Of a stretch of DNA of 64,000 nt, positions 39,870 through 53,600 are shown piece after piece. The DNA is from Azolla caroliniana (Eukaryota > Plantae > Polypodiophyta), in the NCBI GenBank assembly GCA_043228905.1, contig JBHGNT010000005.1, positions 10,416,001 through 10,480,000 on the forward strand, in the 5' to 3' direction. A program made the position numbers and the translations under genes. A model generated the notes under the pieces. The model ran no database searches. It was not told where the DNA came from and worked only from the letters and a program-made list of their open reading frames with translations. Numbering within the stretch: position 1 is the stretch's first letter; the number at the start of each line of letters is the position of its first letter.

Positions 39870-40530
39870 TAGCCTTGCATTTTCATAGGAAGGTACGAAG
39901 GCGAAATGATAGCATTACCAAATTCTTGATGAATGGATGGGGATATTATTAATGAATCATATTTACTGATTTTGAAACATCTAGTGTTGGATGGAAACAA
40001 AACATACACATGTCCACACATGAGCCTCTAGAAGGTCCTACTATAATGGCTTGCATTTTCAAAGCAATTTACTAACGTGAGATGATAACGTTACCATATT
40101 CTTGATAAATGGATGTGGATGTTATGAAAGGTAATTGTACAAGTATTGATTTTGAAACATCTAGTGTTGGATGGAAACAAAACATACACATTTCCAGATG
40201 AGCCTCTAGAGGTCCTACTATAATGCCTTGCATTTTCAAAGCAATTTACTAACGTGAGATGATAGCATTACCAAATTCTTGATAAATGGATGTGGATATT
40301 ATGAAAGGTAATCGTACTGACCGATGTTGAAATATCTAGTGTTGAAAGGAAACAACACATATACATATGTCCACATATGAGCCTCTAAACATCCTACTAT
40401 AATTACCATTTATGTATATGGATAGAAACTAACAAGGATATATACATATGTCCACATTTGAGCCTCTAAAAATCCTACTATAATTACCATTTATGTATAT
40501 GGATAGAAACTAACAAGGACATATATGGCT
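39870..40530. repeat. Tandem repeats (~180 bp x3, then ~80 bp x2) in the pseudogene's upstream region
   Basis: gaaacatctagtgttggatggaaac recurs near 39974, 40154 and 40329; catatgtccacat...cctactataattacc recurs near 40365 and 40445. Confidence 0.85.
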
Positions 40531-43094
40531 ACACATGAGACCTCAAAATTGTTTTTATTTATTCGAGTTGTGGTTACTAGGCTTTTGTCTATGTACTCGT
40601 AAATTAAATTTATAACTTCATTTTAGAACATTTAAAGTATACGCCCCACATTCACACCCAAGAAGCCCTCCAACTTGAAAGGTAGACAACTTTGTTACTA
40701 AGTTTATGGACTTGTGTAATGAAAAGTCCCCTCCAACCTATCTTTGACAGGAATAAAAACAAACCAACATTATGGGGTTAAAATAAGTATCAATAGTTGT
40801 CATTTTGGAAAAAAAAAGTATCAATAGTTGTTTAAAATTGAACCTATCTTTAAAAAACATGTTCATTTGGGTAACAAAAACACACCAATGCATGATTAAA
40901 AATATTTGATAACATTTTTGATGGACCAACTATAGGTTAGTTATTATGTGTCCATATATGTTTCTTATAGTAGTCTCCAAATATCATTATTATTAGTTAC
41001 AATGAACAAGATTTTGGAGGGAATTATACATTGAACAAAATATGCCCTTTAATAAATAGATAAACCAATATGTATTGAAGGATCATGATTGTGTTTGCAC
41101 AAAAAATTCTATATACGCCTAGAAATATTTAAAGAGGCATTCATGGTGTTTGAGTGCTAATGTACAAGGTGAATGTTTCACCAAATCTTGGAAGTTCGAG
41201 AATTAAACAAAGACAAGATATGTCTCGTTCATAAATAATTCTAACAAAATTTGAACTTTTAGGCAATATTATTATGGTGAGTCGTGACCATAAAAAGGGA
41301 GGTTACCCCATGTACAATATGTGGATGAGTAGAAACTTATGATCTACCATACATTGTAAGGTATAATTATATAGATGAATAAGAAACTTCATAATTGTTT
41401 TTTGTGTCGATGGATTGAATTGGGAAGTTTAACCCCATAAATGTATCAACCATGGTGATGAGTCATGAGCCATGCTTGATGAGCATATCTAACTATTTGT
41501 TTATTGACTTACCTATAGAAGTAATATTGGATATTTGCAAAGAAGGTAAAAATCTTACAACCCCGCAATACTGTAGTGGACACAATCATCTCAAACGTTT
41601 TTTGGTATTTTTTAGTTTTGTCGGCTTCACGGTATTTTTCCAGCCCTTGGATGATTGAAAGTGATTTTTAAAACCATATTTTGGAGCAAAACTTTTTTAG
41701 TATCTTCTAGTTTTGTAATCATCTGGTTTTTCAGCCATTGGGTTAGTGAAAGTAATTTCTAAAACAATGGTTGAAAGCAAAGTATTATTGTGCTTGATTT
41801 CACAAATGTATGGTTGCCAGTTGTATGGTTGGACAATTTTAATACTAAATTTATAAGTTATAATTGGTCACGATTTCTCAATATTTCCATTTATAATGAA
41901 TAAAGCACAATGTTTTCCCATTGTGTTTTAGTGTGTAATGTGTTGATATGATATTATCGTGGATTTTCTTTATCAAAATACATACCAAAACCACAAAAAA
42001 TTCAACATTGGTATGTCGGTACAAAATGTTCAACTAATGATGTTACAATCTATAATGTTTTTAGTTGTTTAGATATTAATGCACTATGCAACCTCTTTGC
42101 TTGTCTTATTACAACACCTTTTGGATAGGTTGAATGAAAATACTTGTGAAAATTTTCGTATTCTATGAAACATTGAAAGTAAACGATGTACACTCATTCA
42201 TTTGCATCTGACCAAACACTAGAGCTAATTGATGCAACTTGTGAAAATATACATATTCTACCAAACATTAAAAGTAAATGATTTACAATCATTCATGTAT
42301 TTGTAGCTTAACATCGGAGTTAAATGTTTTCCAATCATTCAAATATTTACCCTTGACACATGGTCGAGAATGTGGTAGCAATTTGCAAACATTTCCTCAA
42401 GTATAGACAAATGGACAAGGCACTTTTTTGAATTGTTCATGAGAAAAAATACCATGTACTATTACTAATTACAAACCATCCCAATTTTTCAAAAATGATA
42501 TTAGACCTTCTAACATAATGATAATACAATTAATCCTTGTGTTTGTCAAACAAATGACTCCACACACATTAAGGATACAACTAATGATTACACAAATAGA
42601 CATTTATGGGGAAGAAATGCATTTACCACCAAATCACTCGCCAACAAAGGAATTGAGATGGATATATAAACATTGTTGGTGTCCCATACTATCGAATAGT
42701 ACCTGAGTTCATACCTTGGATTGAATCAACATAACACAATTGTATCAAGAGCCTTCCCACACCACCAATGTCTCTCAGATAGTACCGATGAAGATGTTCA
42801 TCTCCCCTTAATGTGGTTCTTAGGTCACCACATGTTGCCATATGCCATGACCCTATGTGAGTCACCTCATTTCCTAACATATTGTTACAATCAATTGAAA
42901 TTAACCCTTAAGTAATATACTATGTTTATGTACTTAACAATGCAAAAGAGGATTAACACAACTCCTCAACATTAATATCTATCAAATATAAAGATGAATG
43001 TACATGGACAACTTTGCCTTGTGCAAAAAATAGAGATGTCGTGGTGAATGTCACTAGAAATAGAATAATGTTTCTTTGGACTTTGGTGTATGAG

Positions 43095-46000
43095 TGTTGA
43101 GAGATCAAGCTCAATTTAGTTTAGTTAGTTAGTCAACCATGTAACTTTGTAGTTACCTAGATAGAATCTAGTTAGTGTGTTGACCATAAAGCCTTAAATA
43201 GGATTTTGTACTTGAGTGGGATACATTGTAGATCCACCACTCCATGCTCATTTAATATAGGACTTAACATGGTATCAGAGCGTGTGGTTTAGCATATCCA
43301 CTAAGCCCACCCGACACTCCGTGATTGTGTGTTCAAAACGCCGACGACAAATTCCGGCCATCCGCTACCGTAGTGCCACTACGTAGCACAAGTACATGAT
43401 CGAAGAAAGAAGAGCCAAAAAGGAAGACACAAAACAACATGAACACACAAATGGGTAGCTCGCTCCCTAGCGAAAAGCTAGACCGGAGCAATTATTCATC
43501 TTGGGAGTACAAGATGACCCAATACCTTGTTGGCCAAGGGTATTGGAGCTACATCAACGGCGCACTCGAGAACAAGCCCGACAACACAAACGCCAACTAC
43601 CCAACATGGGAGCAAGGAGCGAGTCGGGTAATGTATTGCTTGGCAACATGTGTCCACGACCATATGCTTAGCCACATTCGAGACGCCAAGACGCCTAAAG
43701 AGGCGTGGGAGAACTTAAAGAAAATGTTCGCCGCCAACACGACCGCCCGCAAACTTCAACTTCGGAAAGAGTTGAATAACATTTGGCAAAAAGACATGTC
43801 TGTGTCGGACTACACCGCCAAAATCAAGAGCATTTGTACTCGCTTGGCTCCATCAACATAAACGTCGACGAAGACGAGATGGTTCAAGTATGCTTGCCAA
43901 GCACAACGATTTGATCCACTACAGACGGCAATCTTGGCGAGAGATAACCCTCCTTTGTTCTTCGCCCTCCAATCGATGTTATTGGTTGAAGAAAACCACG
44001 TCCAAACCAAAAGAAAGGCACCGGAAGGACAAATGTTCTTCTCGAATTCGGACGGTGGTCGTGGAAGAGGTCGTAGTGGTAGAAGAGGAAGCCATCGAGG
44101 AACCTTCGAAAGAAGGGGGAGCTTTCAAGCCGAACAAGGTCGGCAAACGAGGCCCGCAACTTGCAATTATTGCGGCAAAATCGGCCATTATGAGGCGGAG
44201 TGTCGGAAGAAAAGAAGCAAGTCGGTGTCGACAAGCCGACAACTCACAAACTACACCAACAACTCCGAATACGATGATTACGGCGGACTATTCATAATGA
44301 GGCATAGAGCGAACTCTATGACGGCCTCCAACTCTGCAAGCACCTACAACTTGGAAGACGTGTGGTTCATCGATTCTGGCGCCTCACATCACATGACATC
44401 TCACGAAGAGTGGTTTCGTGATTTACGAACGCCGGATCGACCCGGCTTCATAGAGACGGGAGATGACACCATGCACCCCATTCGGCACATCGGCAATGTC
44501 CCATTCGGGAAAGAAGACGAGCAAACTTGCATAAAGAATGTCTTGCATGTGCCCACAATAACGAAGAATTTGGTCTCGGTCGGCCAAATCGTGGAGCAAG
44601 GCATGCAAGTCCGCTTCAACAACGAAGGTTGTTTCATTGAGAAAGATGGCCAACTCATAGCGAAGGGGCGGAGAGATGGCCGAATGTTCATCCTCGATTC
44701 GAACAAGGTGAAATCAGAAATGTACGCTAAAAGTTTCAAAACTGAGACAAGCATCGAGTTGTGGCACAAAAGAATCGGCCACATCAACCTCCAACGGCTC
44801 CGAGCTATGCAAACAAAGGGAGTTGTCATCTGACTTCCGACATTCGAGTCGAAACGAGTCGACCGAGTATGCAAAGCGTGTCAACTCGGCAAACAACATT
44901 GATTCCCATTCCCAAAGGAGAGCTCCGCAAGAAAAGGCCTCCTCGACGTCGTACACTCGGATGTATGGGGACTGGCTCAAACACCGACGATTAGCGGATG
45001 CTGATACTACGTAACCTTCATCGATGACTACTTGTGCTACGCGTGGATCTACCCGATGAAGAAGAAAAGTGAAGTGCTCTCCCACTTCTAAAAGCTCAAG
45101 GGGCAAGTCGAAAAAGAAACCGGTCGGCACATTCAATGCCTACGATCGAATGGAGGCAAGGAGTACTTCTCCGATGATTTTCACCTCCTACCTCCAAAGT
45201 GAAGGCATTCAAAGAGAATTCTTGTGTTGACACACCCCCCAACAAAATGGAGTCGCCGAAAGGAAAAATCGGCAAATACTCGAGGTAGCACGTGCGATGA
45301 TGCATAAGAAGCACATGCCGAATTTCTATTGGGCCGAAGCGGCATCCACGGACGTCTATCTCATGAATCAGTGCACCACCAATGGAGTCCATGAGCTAAC
45401 TCCCTACGAGCTCCTCGTCGGCAAGAAGCCGATCTTGTCGCACCTCAAGGTGTTCAAAAGCATTGCGAATGTACGCATCCCGAACTAATAACGATAGAAG
45501 CCCGACGCGAAGTCGGAGGAATGTATCCTCATAGGATACTCGTCCGAAAAGAAAGCATACAAGTGCTACAACCCTTCTACCCGAGCGTTTCGGGTAAGTC
45601 AAGATGTAGTCTTCGACGAGTTCGCATCTTGGTACACACTGGAGAAAACTTCGACTCCGACTCTTCTCGACCTGGAATCCGCCGAACAAGAGGTAGAAGA
45701 TGGACATCGCTTCGAAGACATGTTCGAAGAAAGTTCGATTACGGCCAAGCCCAGTGGGCCACAAGAGCCCCCACGCGACCCAAGCACGTCGTGGCCAAGT
45801 ATGAACTTGGAAAAAGGCAAAGGTAAGATGCCGGAATATGAAGTCGATCACCCTGACGACTATGATTTGGATGGATCGGCTCCCTCACTAGATAGTGAGT
45901 TCGGTGTACCCACTGTGCAGACACCCGGAGTAAAGAAGGCACTCATATCGGCGAGCGAAAACCTTCGACGCTCATCTAGAGCTAAGAACCCCATCACGCG

Positions 46001-46470
46001 GCTCGACTACAATGAGTATATGGCCCATCACTATGCCTTCGCGATGAAGGTAACGGCCAAACAAGGGCCCAAGAGCTCCACCAAAGCGGCTCGTCACCCA
46101 CAATGGGTGGAAGTAGTCGGCCTTCGCCCACACACTATAAGCCTTCGTCACCGGCTTGAGGGGGAGGACCTGAGATTGCCACGACGAAGAAAATCGAAGG
46201 CCGGACGAAAGCCGCACAGAAGCCGACATCAAAAGCTGGACAACGTCGAAAACAACACTGGATGTCGGACGCCTCACACTTGAGCTTGAGGGGGCGTGTT
46301 GAGAGATCAAACTCAACTTAGTTTAGTTAGTTAGTTAACCATGTAACTTCGTAGTTACTTAGATAGAATCTAGTTAGTGTGTTGACCATAAAGCCTTAAA
46401 TAGGATTTTGTACTCGAGTGGGATACATTGTAGATCCACCACTCCATGCTCATTTAATATAGAACTTACA
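43095..46470 (+). mobile_element. Copia LTR retrotransposon with RT/RNase H deleted
   Basis: ~175-bp LTRs 43095-43269 and 46297-46470; PBS 43270-43281; gag with CNYCGKIGHYEAEC; protease WFIDSGASHHM; degenerate integrase to ~45620; PPT before 46297; no clear TSD. Confidence 0.9.
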
Positions 46471-47689
46471 TGTTGTACCTATATTCTCCTAGCACATGTG
46501 CACCCTTGCACATGAAACCTATATATACCTTATTGAAGGTATTTTTGTATTTGATGATAGTCGATGATATTTACCTTTTTATATACTTTATCATCCCCCA
46601 TTTTGTTTTTGTGTTCATAAGTGTACTTCTCTCTCTCTTCCTCTCACGCACACATACACGCACATATCACTTAATCTTCCGCTACGTAATCATATAATTA
46701 GGTAATAATTATTCCTTAATTAATTACCTAATCCTTAACAATGAGCAAGTATGTATGCTTGAGGTTGGTGAGGTTGAGGTTAGGCCCAGAGGGCGCTCAC
46801 TTCTCTTAGAGGGATGCCAAAAGTTTAGGTGAAACGAGTACATAAACATCCCAAGCTGGTTTAGGAGTTAAGCCCAAAGCACCAAAATTCTCATCAATAG
46901 TTAGGTCCACAACTCAGTTGATAGCAAACCCCTGTATGCTCGAGCAACAATGTGAATAAGCATACATAGGTAAGCAAAACATAACAAACATATTATAGAA
47001 TCTATGGACTAGGATTGGTAGGGACATTTGTTTATGTTTATATGAATGGCCACAATTGCTAGCGTAGACAACATTGGTATAATTCAAATGGATAATTGTT
47101 TGGTTTTACTAGGATACCTGATGCATATAAAAAAGTTAACTCTCTCTCTATACATGTATATAGATAAACTATTGATGTGTGCATCTTTGCCTATAGGTAG
47201 CTTTAGAAAGGCACCAAGAGACACAAATATATATTAACGTTAACATCATTGTCAATTGATATTAGATGAAAAGGGGAAACAAAACAATAAACACAATGCT
47301 ATGTATAAAAAAAAGAACCACAAAACTCGCACATTAATGGTAGGATTTGATGGTTGATCATTCATCCATGGCATTTTAAAATGTTGCACGACATGCACAA
47401 TACTTTTCAAATACACAAACAATTTACTTTATAAAATGTGTATCCAAAACAAAACATAAAATATGCCATTACTAATACAATAGTTCTGCATTTATTATAA
47501 TTTGTCATGTAGGTTTTTAGCTAGAAACAACTAATAAGGATGGTTCTCATATAAGGACATGTTATCAAAATGCCATATTTTGGAGTGGGATCCATTGGAG
47601 GTATGGTGTCAAACACCGGGAACAAACAAACTGAAAACGTTTTTTGAGTACAATACTAAGCAAGGAACATGAATCATTGGCTCCAAATC

Positions 47690-47843
47690 GGTGGGTGCTA
47701 TAGAGATTCGCAATAGCTGGAAGGATAAAAGCATATCACATTACCCCTTGAAGTTGTTTTGGAGGAGACTATGGGCATTGGATATGCTAGAAAAAATCAA
47801 GGTTTGGTTGCGGCTTCTTAGCCACAAGGCGGTACCTGTAGGG
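47690..47843 (+). mobile_element. L1-type LINE fragment (zf-RVT region)
   Basis: FWRRLWALDMLEKIKVWLRLLSHKAVPV resembles the plant L1 zf-RVT motif. Confidence 0.5.
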
Positions 47844-48214
47844 TGTCAAATACTGGGTATAATGGTATTCACATTGTTCCGACTATGTTTACGACACTTA
47901 TGTAATTATACTAAAGGGAAATTGCCCTAGTTCAATTATGATATATATATTGAGCTTGTAACCTAGTTTAGATGATGTTTTTGTTTCCTCCATTCATTGT
48001 AACTTTGAGATTTGAATAATAGAGTGATAGCCTTGTGTCTATTTCTATCTCTCTCTTTGTATCAGTTCTTGATCTTGATCTGATATGTTTATCTCTATTG
48101 CTCAATCTATTATACCCGTTGATCTTGTTTACACCAACTTGTTGTTCTTCAACCTATAGTGTTGTTTTGTATTCCGTACCAATGGCCTCTACCTCCAACA
48201 TTTGGTATCAGAGC
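47844..48214 (+). mobile_element. LTR plus tRNA-iMet PBS of a truncated LTR element
   Basis: tgtcaaa...ccaaca (47844-48200) followed by tt-tggtatcagagc; the L1 fragment stops at its left edge. Confidence 0.65.
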
Positions 48215-49916
48215 GAAGGTTCTTCTTTTTGTTGCCAATCGTTATTTGTCTTCATCATCACTTCTGTTGTAAGCCCTAAAGATTATAAGTTGATCATACT
48301 TGTTGGAACATATTCTCAAACTTCCGACGGATTGAAATCCTATGAATGGCAACCATCAAGATCTTCTTCTGTGAAGAGAAAGACACTTGTTGATTTGCAC
48401 TCCATTGAGCTAGATCACTCCCCAACTAGGCCAACATGTTGTACTTTCTTTTGTGATTGTAGCCGCTTGGAGTGGAATCTCCTTCAAATAGGCCTCATCT
48501 GTGCTTCATCAGGTTAAGAGACATTCAGACAGGCTAGTCCATGCAGCCCATTTACTCGTTGTAATCAATCGAAACAGGATCGGCTTCAGAATCAACATAA
48601 AATGTGCTCCATCTGTCTAGACAAAATTCGGGAAGACCAGTTGGCTCCGTTGCTCCATTTGTCAGAACCAATTAGAGTGGGATTGTAGAATAGGGGAAAA
48701 TAATGGACATATTCATCACTATCCCATTGGACAGACTAGGCTTAAGCTATTTCTGTAAATAGTGGAAAGGACAGAAGTCAGTTAGTATTTAAACTGACTT
48801 CAGTAACCTAGTTGAAGAGGTTGTTCATGTTGTACATTGTGCCATTGTAACTCTCTGATATAAGAATACAACTTACATTGTTCTTGTGCCCATTGGTGCC
48901 TCTTTCTTGTTGTCTTTCTTGATCTTGATTCGTGATTCAATTGCCTAATGTGATGACCGATGATGAGTAAAGTCTTCCTAGTCAACTTCAATGACACCTT
49001 GAACTTCACATGCAAAAGCACACACAAAAAGCATTCCTACCTCGTTGTTTATGACATGTTAGTATCATAAACTTGTTCGTACGTGGTATTCAATGTGGTG
49101 ATATACCCCTTTAAGCAGTTAATGTGGAATCCTCTCCTTGAATCGGGTTGTGATGAGCCCCAAGTTTTCATCATCCACTCTCTCACTTCATGATTTTTCT
49201 GTCATGTATGAAGGAAATAACCCCATCCTAATTTTGTCCCTTGAAGGACACTTGTGCACATCTTCTTGCTTTGAGTTGTCGAACTCTTCACCCTTTCTTT
49301 GGTGTGCGTCTTATTACTTTCTTTGATGGGGGTCCTTTTTCTTTCATTTGTAGGTGTCTTTGCTTTATCTTTGAGCAATGTTTTTTTTGTGGGTGTCTTC
49401 TTTGTGATTTTTCTGGTCTTCACTCTTTTGCTAAGAAGACTTCTGCAACATAATGTTATGTCCCAATACATAGCTATAAACTAGTACTTCAAACATAAAT
49501 ATACATAGCAAAATACCATTCCTAGATCAGGCAGTAGATTACTACACTACAAACATGTCTAGACAACAATACTAAATCAACAAGAACAAGATGAATAACA
49601 ACAAGAACAACAACTTGTCAATACAATAGTACTAAATCAGGCATCCCCCTTTCCAACAAGAAGAACCGAAGAAGATTCAAGCATATACATGTACAAAATT
49701 CAAGCATAAAAACAAAAACAAGAACATGACATAATAGTCTGGTTCAAAAAAGAAAACAAATCATATACATGTATCTCGACTCTCGGATGAACACTGGAAA
49801 AAACAACAAGAAGAAGAATAACTGAATGAACAAGAGCAAGAACAACAACAAACACACTCAACAAGAACACGTTGAGGCACATAACATATAAATAGCATCA
49901 TATCACCATAGCACCC

Positions 49917-50351
49917 TGTTGAGCGAGCAAACTCAACATGATTCGGATCGGCTGAATAAGCCAAGATCCGGATCAATGTTTGGAACAGAGAGCCGGATCG
50001 GTGTCCGGATCTGAGCGTAACCTGTAGGCCGTTAGAGGCCTATGATCCTAGCCTAGTATGAAGGCATATTATTAGGACTTAGTGTCAGTTGCTCAGTACG
50101 AGCATTGAAGTCCTTATCAGTACTTCTGTCAGTCCTTAAAGGACTTGTATAAAAGTGCTCACAGAGCACATTGTATGTAGTATGTACAGAGCATTCATTA
50201 TTTGTGTTGAGAATCAAACTCAAAGTTAGTGTCAATTGCTCAGTACGAGCATTGAAGCCCTTATCAGTACTTCTGTCAATCCTTTAAGGACTTGTATAAA
50301 AGTGCTCACAGAGCACATTGTATGTAGTATGTACAAAGCGTTCATTATTTG
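49917..50351 (+). mobile_element. Copia LTR (related to the 50642-51016 LTR), interrupted at 50352
   Basis: Starts tgttgagcgagcaaactcaac; the segment gtcagtccttaaaggacttgtataaaagtg is reverse-complement similar to 50830-50865. Confidence 0.7.
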
Positions 50352-50370
50352 TGTTGAGAATCAAACTCAA
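50079..50370. repeat. ~147-bp tandem duplication spanning an LTR/LTR junction
   Basis: ttagtgtca.ttgctcagtacgagc...tgttgagaatcaaactcaa occurs twice. Confidence 0.9.
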
Positions 50371-50641
50371 CTTCCCGTGAGTGGGAACACACTCTAGGAT
50401 ACTCAAGTGTGTGAACACCCCCACCTCCTTGTATAGTAACTAGTGTGTCATAGAAGTTAATGTCCTATGATACAATCTTTTTCCCAAGAGGCGGTACTAG
50501 TGAGAGAACCTAGAGAGAAGGTGACTACATAAGTACCTTCTCCTTCTCTTTGTAACGTTGGCCATTCTTGTTTTCCTTGTAATACAATTTTCTATTTTTC
50601 AGTTGTCTCTCTCTCTCTCACACACACACACACGCACACAC
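50352..50641 (+). mobile_element. Copia LTR (related to the 168-6676 LTRs), interrupted in its (CT)n(CA)n tract
   Basis: Starts tgttgagaatcaaactcaact; has agtgtgtgaac and the same CT/CA-rich distal part as the reverse complement of 884-992 and 6394-6676. Confidence 0.7.
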
Positions 50642-53600
50642 TGTAAAAAGTAACGTGCGGAAGCAAGTATGAAGACCGAACAGAAGGAAGAAAACTCAGG
50701 TTTAATGGAGAGCTTGAGCTTACGCAGTATACGCGGGAGAGACAGAGAGAGTGAGAGAGAAAACACAAGAACTATATTCAACAAAAGATCTCGATTCACT
50801 ACTCTATACATATGTGTGTTCCATGAACACTTTTATACAAGTCCTCGAAGGACTGACCGTACTTCAATGCTCTTTAAGAGCTCCTACACTAACTCCCAAA
50901 TATATTCCTCACGGAATATCTTTCCTAACGACCTCCCGGTTTACGCACTCGGCGTAACCGATCGGGTCCTTGGCTTCTTCAGCCAATCCGGCCGATGTTG
51001 AGCTTGTCTCTCAACATTCCCCCTCAAGCTCAACTCGAGGCTCTTCGGGATCCTCGGGCTCACAGCTCCGGTTCCTCCTGGCTTCACGCCTCGCTCGCGC
51101 TCCTCGACCTGTTCGACTCCGTGCGCTTCGACCCTTCTGGTCGGCTTGTCTGCTCATGCGGCCCTTATCAACTCTTCTGCTGTTGCGGTGTTGACGCTTC
51201 TCCTACTGCCTTTTCTTCCGCTTGGGCCTCGGTTGATTCAGCGTATCTGAATCAAACATCCGAACCGACTCGGCTACCTCCGATCGGTTTTCGCTCCCAT
51301 CCGAGTTGGTTGTCTCCAACTTGTCTTCGGTCTTCTCGCCCTTGGTGGCGTCATCTTCCCCATGCGTGGTTGGCTTCGGCTCTCTCCTTCGGCTGCTCCC
51401 CTTCTGTCCGCTTTCGGACTTTTCCGCGGGTCTGCCCTCGGCTTCTTCAGCCGATCCGAAGTCGAACTCGACAATTGAGTCAACAGCCGAGTCAACTGAC
51501 TCGGTGTCGCGGCCTCCGCTCCTTTCCTGCTGCTTTGCTTGGTCGTCTGGGACTGTTCTCCCCCTCAAGTTTGGCACGTTGAGGTGACGCAATCCGAGCG
51601 CACCGGAGAATCGCCGCAACTTGTCCAGACCAAGGGGCTTAGTGAAGATGTCGGCAGTCTACCGATCTGTCGGAACGTACTGAAGTTCGACTTCACCGAA
51701 AAGGACACGCTCACGGATGAAATGGTAGTGCACCTCAATGTGCTTGGTCCGTGCATGGAAAACGGGGTTTTTCGCGAGCTGGATGCTGCTGAGGTTGTCG
51801 TAGTAGATCGTCGTCGGAGCTGACACCTCCTCTTGCAGGTCCTTAAGTAGCCGCTTCAACCATATGGCTTCGCATGTCGCGACAACCGCTCCTCGGTACT
51901 CAGCTTCGGTGCTCGACAGTGCAAATGTTGGCTGCTTCTTACTGCTCCACGCGATCGCGGCACTCCCGAGGGAGAACGCGTATCCGGATGTGGATCGGTG
52001 ATCGGCGGCGTTGCCAGCCCAATCAACATCGGTGTAGCCGACTAACTGCGCGGCTGCATCGGTCCGATATAGCAGTCCCCGGTCCTTAGTGCCATTGACA
52101 TACCGAAGTATGCGTTGCGCACACTGAAGGTGCTCCTCGGTAGGTCGCGCCATGAACTGATTGATCACTCCGACCGGATAACTGAGGTCGGGTCGGGTGA
52201 TGGTCAAGTATATGAGGCTTCTGACAATTTGTCGGAACCTCGTCGGGTCGCATACCGTTCCTGTATCGGGACGAAGCTTGACGGTTCTGTTCAGAGGAGT
52301 CGAGACTGACTTACAGTCGGCCATCTCGAATTTGAAGAGCATACTCAGCACGTAGTGACGTTGGCTGATCAATATGCCTTCGGGGGTACGGATCACTTCG
52401 ATCCTGAGGAAGTAATGAAGGTCCCCCAGATCCTTCATGTCGAACTATGCCGCAAGCTGGAGCTTCACGCGGTCGATTTCACGTAGGTCGGCGCCGGTGA
52501 TGACCAAGTCATCAACATATAGTAAAATACTAACCGGTCCGAGTCGACCTTTCCGGATGAACAGGGAAGAGTTCGATTTTGACGTGACGAAGCCCATCCG
52601 ACGCAGTTGTTGCGTGATCTTTGCGTTCCAGGCACGCGGGGCTTGCTTCAGTCTATAAAGGGACTTCTTCAGTCGGTATACTGCCGAGGAGTTCGTTCCA
52701 GAGTGAAATCCGGGGGGCTGTACCATATACACCTGTTCCTCAAGGTCACCTTGCAGGAACGCATTCTTTACATCCATCTGATGTAAGTGCCACCCCTTCA
52801 CCGCAGCTACTGCGAGCAAAACACGGATGGTCGTCATTTTCGCGACTGGCGCAAACATCTCATCGTAGTCGATGCCGTGTTTCTACGCGTAGCCCTTTGC
52901 CACTAGCCGAGCCTTGTACCGGTTGACCGAGCCATCGATGTTGTACTTGACCTTGTACACCCACCTACACCCGATCGGTTTTACCCCTCTTGGTGTGTCA
53001 ACCAGGTCCCAGGTCTCGTTCTCCGCCAATGCGTGCATCTCTTCCACCATCGCGGCACGCCAATTCGCGTCTTTAGCCACTTCTGCGTAGCTCTCCGGCT
53101 CATGCACTTCCACTACACGGGTCATGTACGCATAATGATGCGCCATGTACTCGTTGTATCCGAACCGCAAAACAGGATTCTTCTGGCGGGTAGATCGGCG
53201 TAATCTCACATTAGCCGATGTCGAGGCCTTCTCGGTCGACGCGGTCTTCACCTTTAAACACCCGTCACCGGTTCTCTCGGAGTCGGACTCGCGTCGGTCT
53301 GACTCGTTCCTATCCATGCCGGAATCTGACACCTTCTTCCCTTTCTCTTTGCGCGTAAGCCATCTCCTCGGCTTCTTGCGCGGGGAATGCACGGCCGAGT
53401 CTCCACTACTCATCGGCTCTTCATCGGACTGGTCGTACCGACTTAGTCGTCCAATCGGTCCACTTAAACGGAGTGACATCGGACTCTCTTCGCAGGTCTC
53501 GATTTCGGGCTCATCCGGAGGCATCTCGGCCTCGCTGACCTCATCGTCAGAGCTCGGATTGGAGTTGGGGTTCGGAGTCGGGGGCTGGTACTAGGACGTG

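Noticed and set aside
48500-49900. Lys/Thr-rich ORF 49202-49471 and neighbouring short ORFs
   Set aside because: Low-complexity with no recognisable domain or splice model; probably decayed TE interior.
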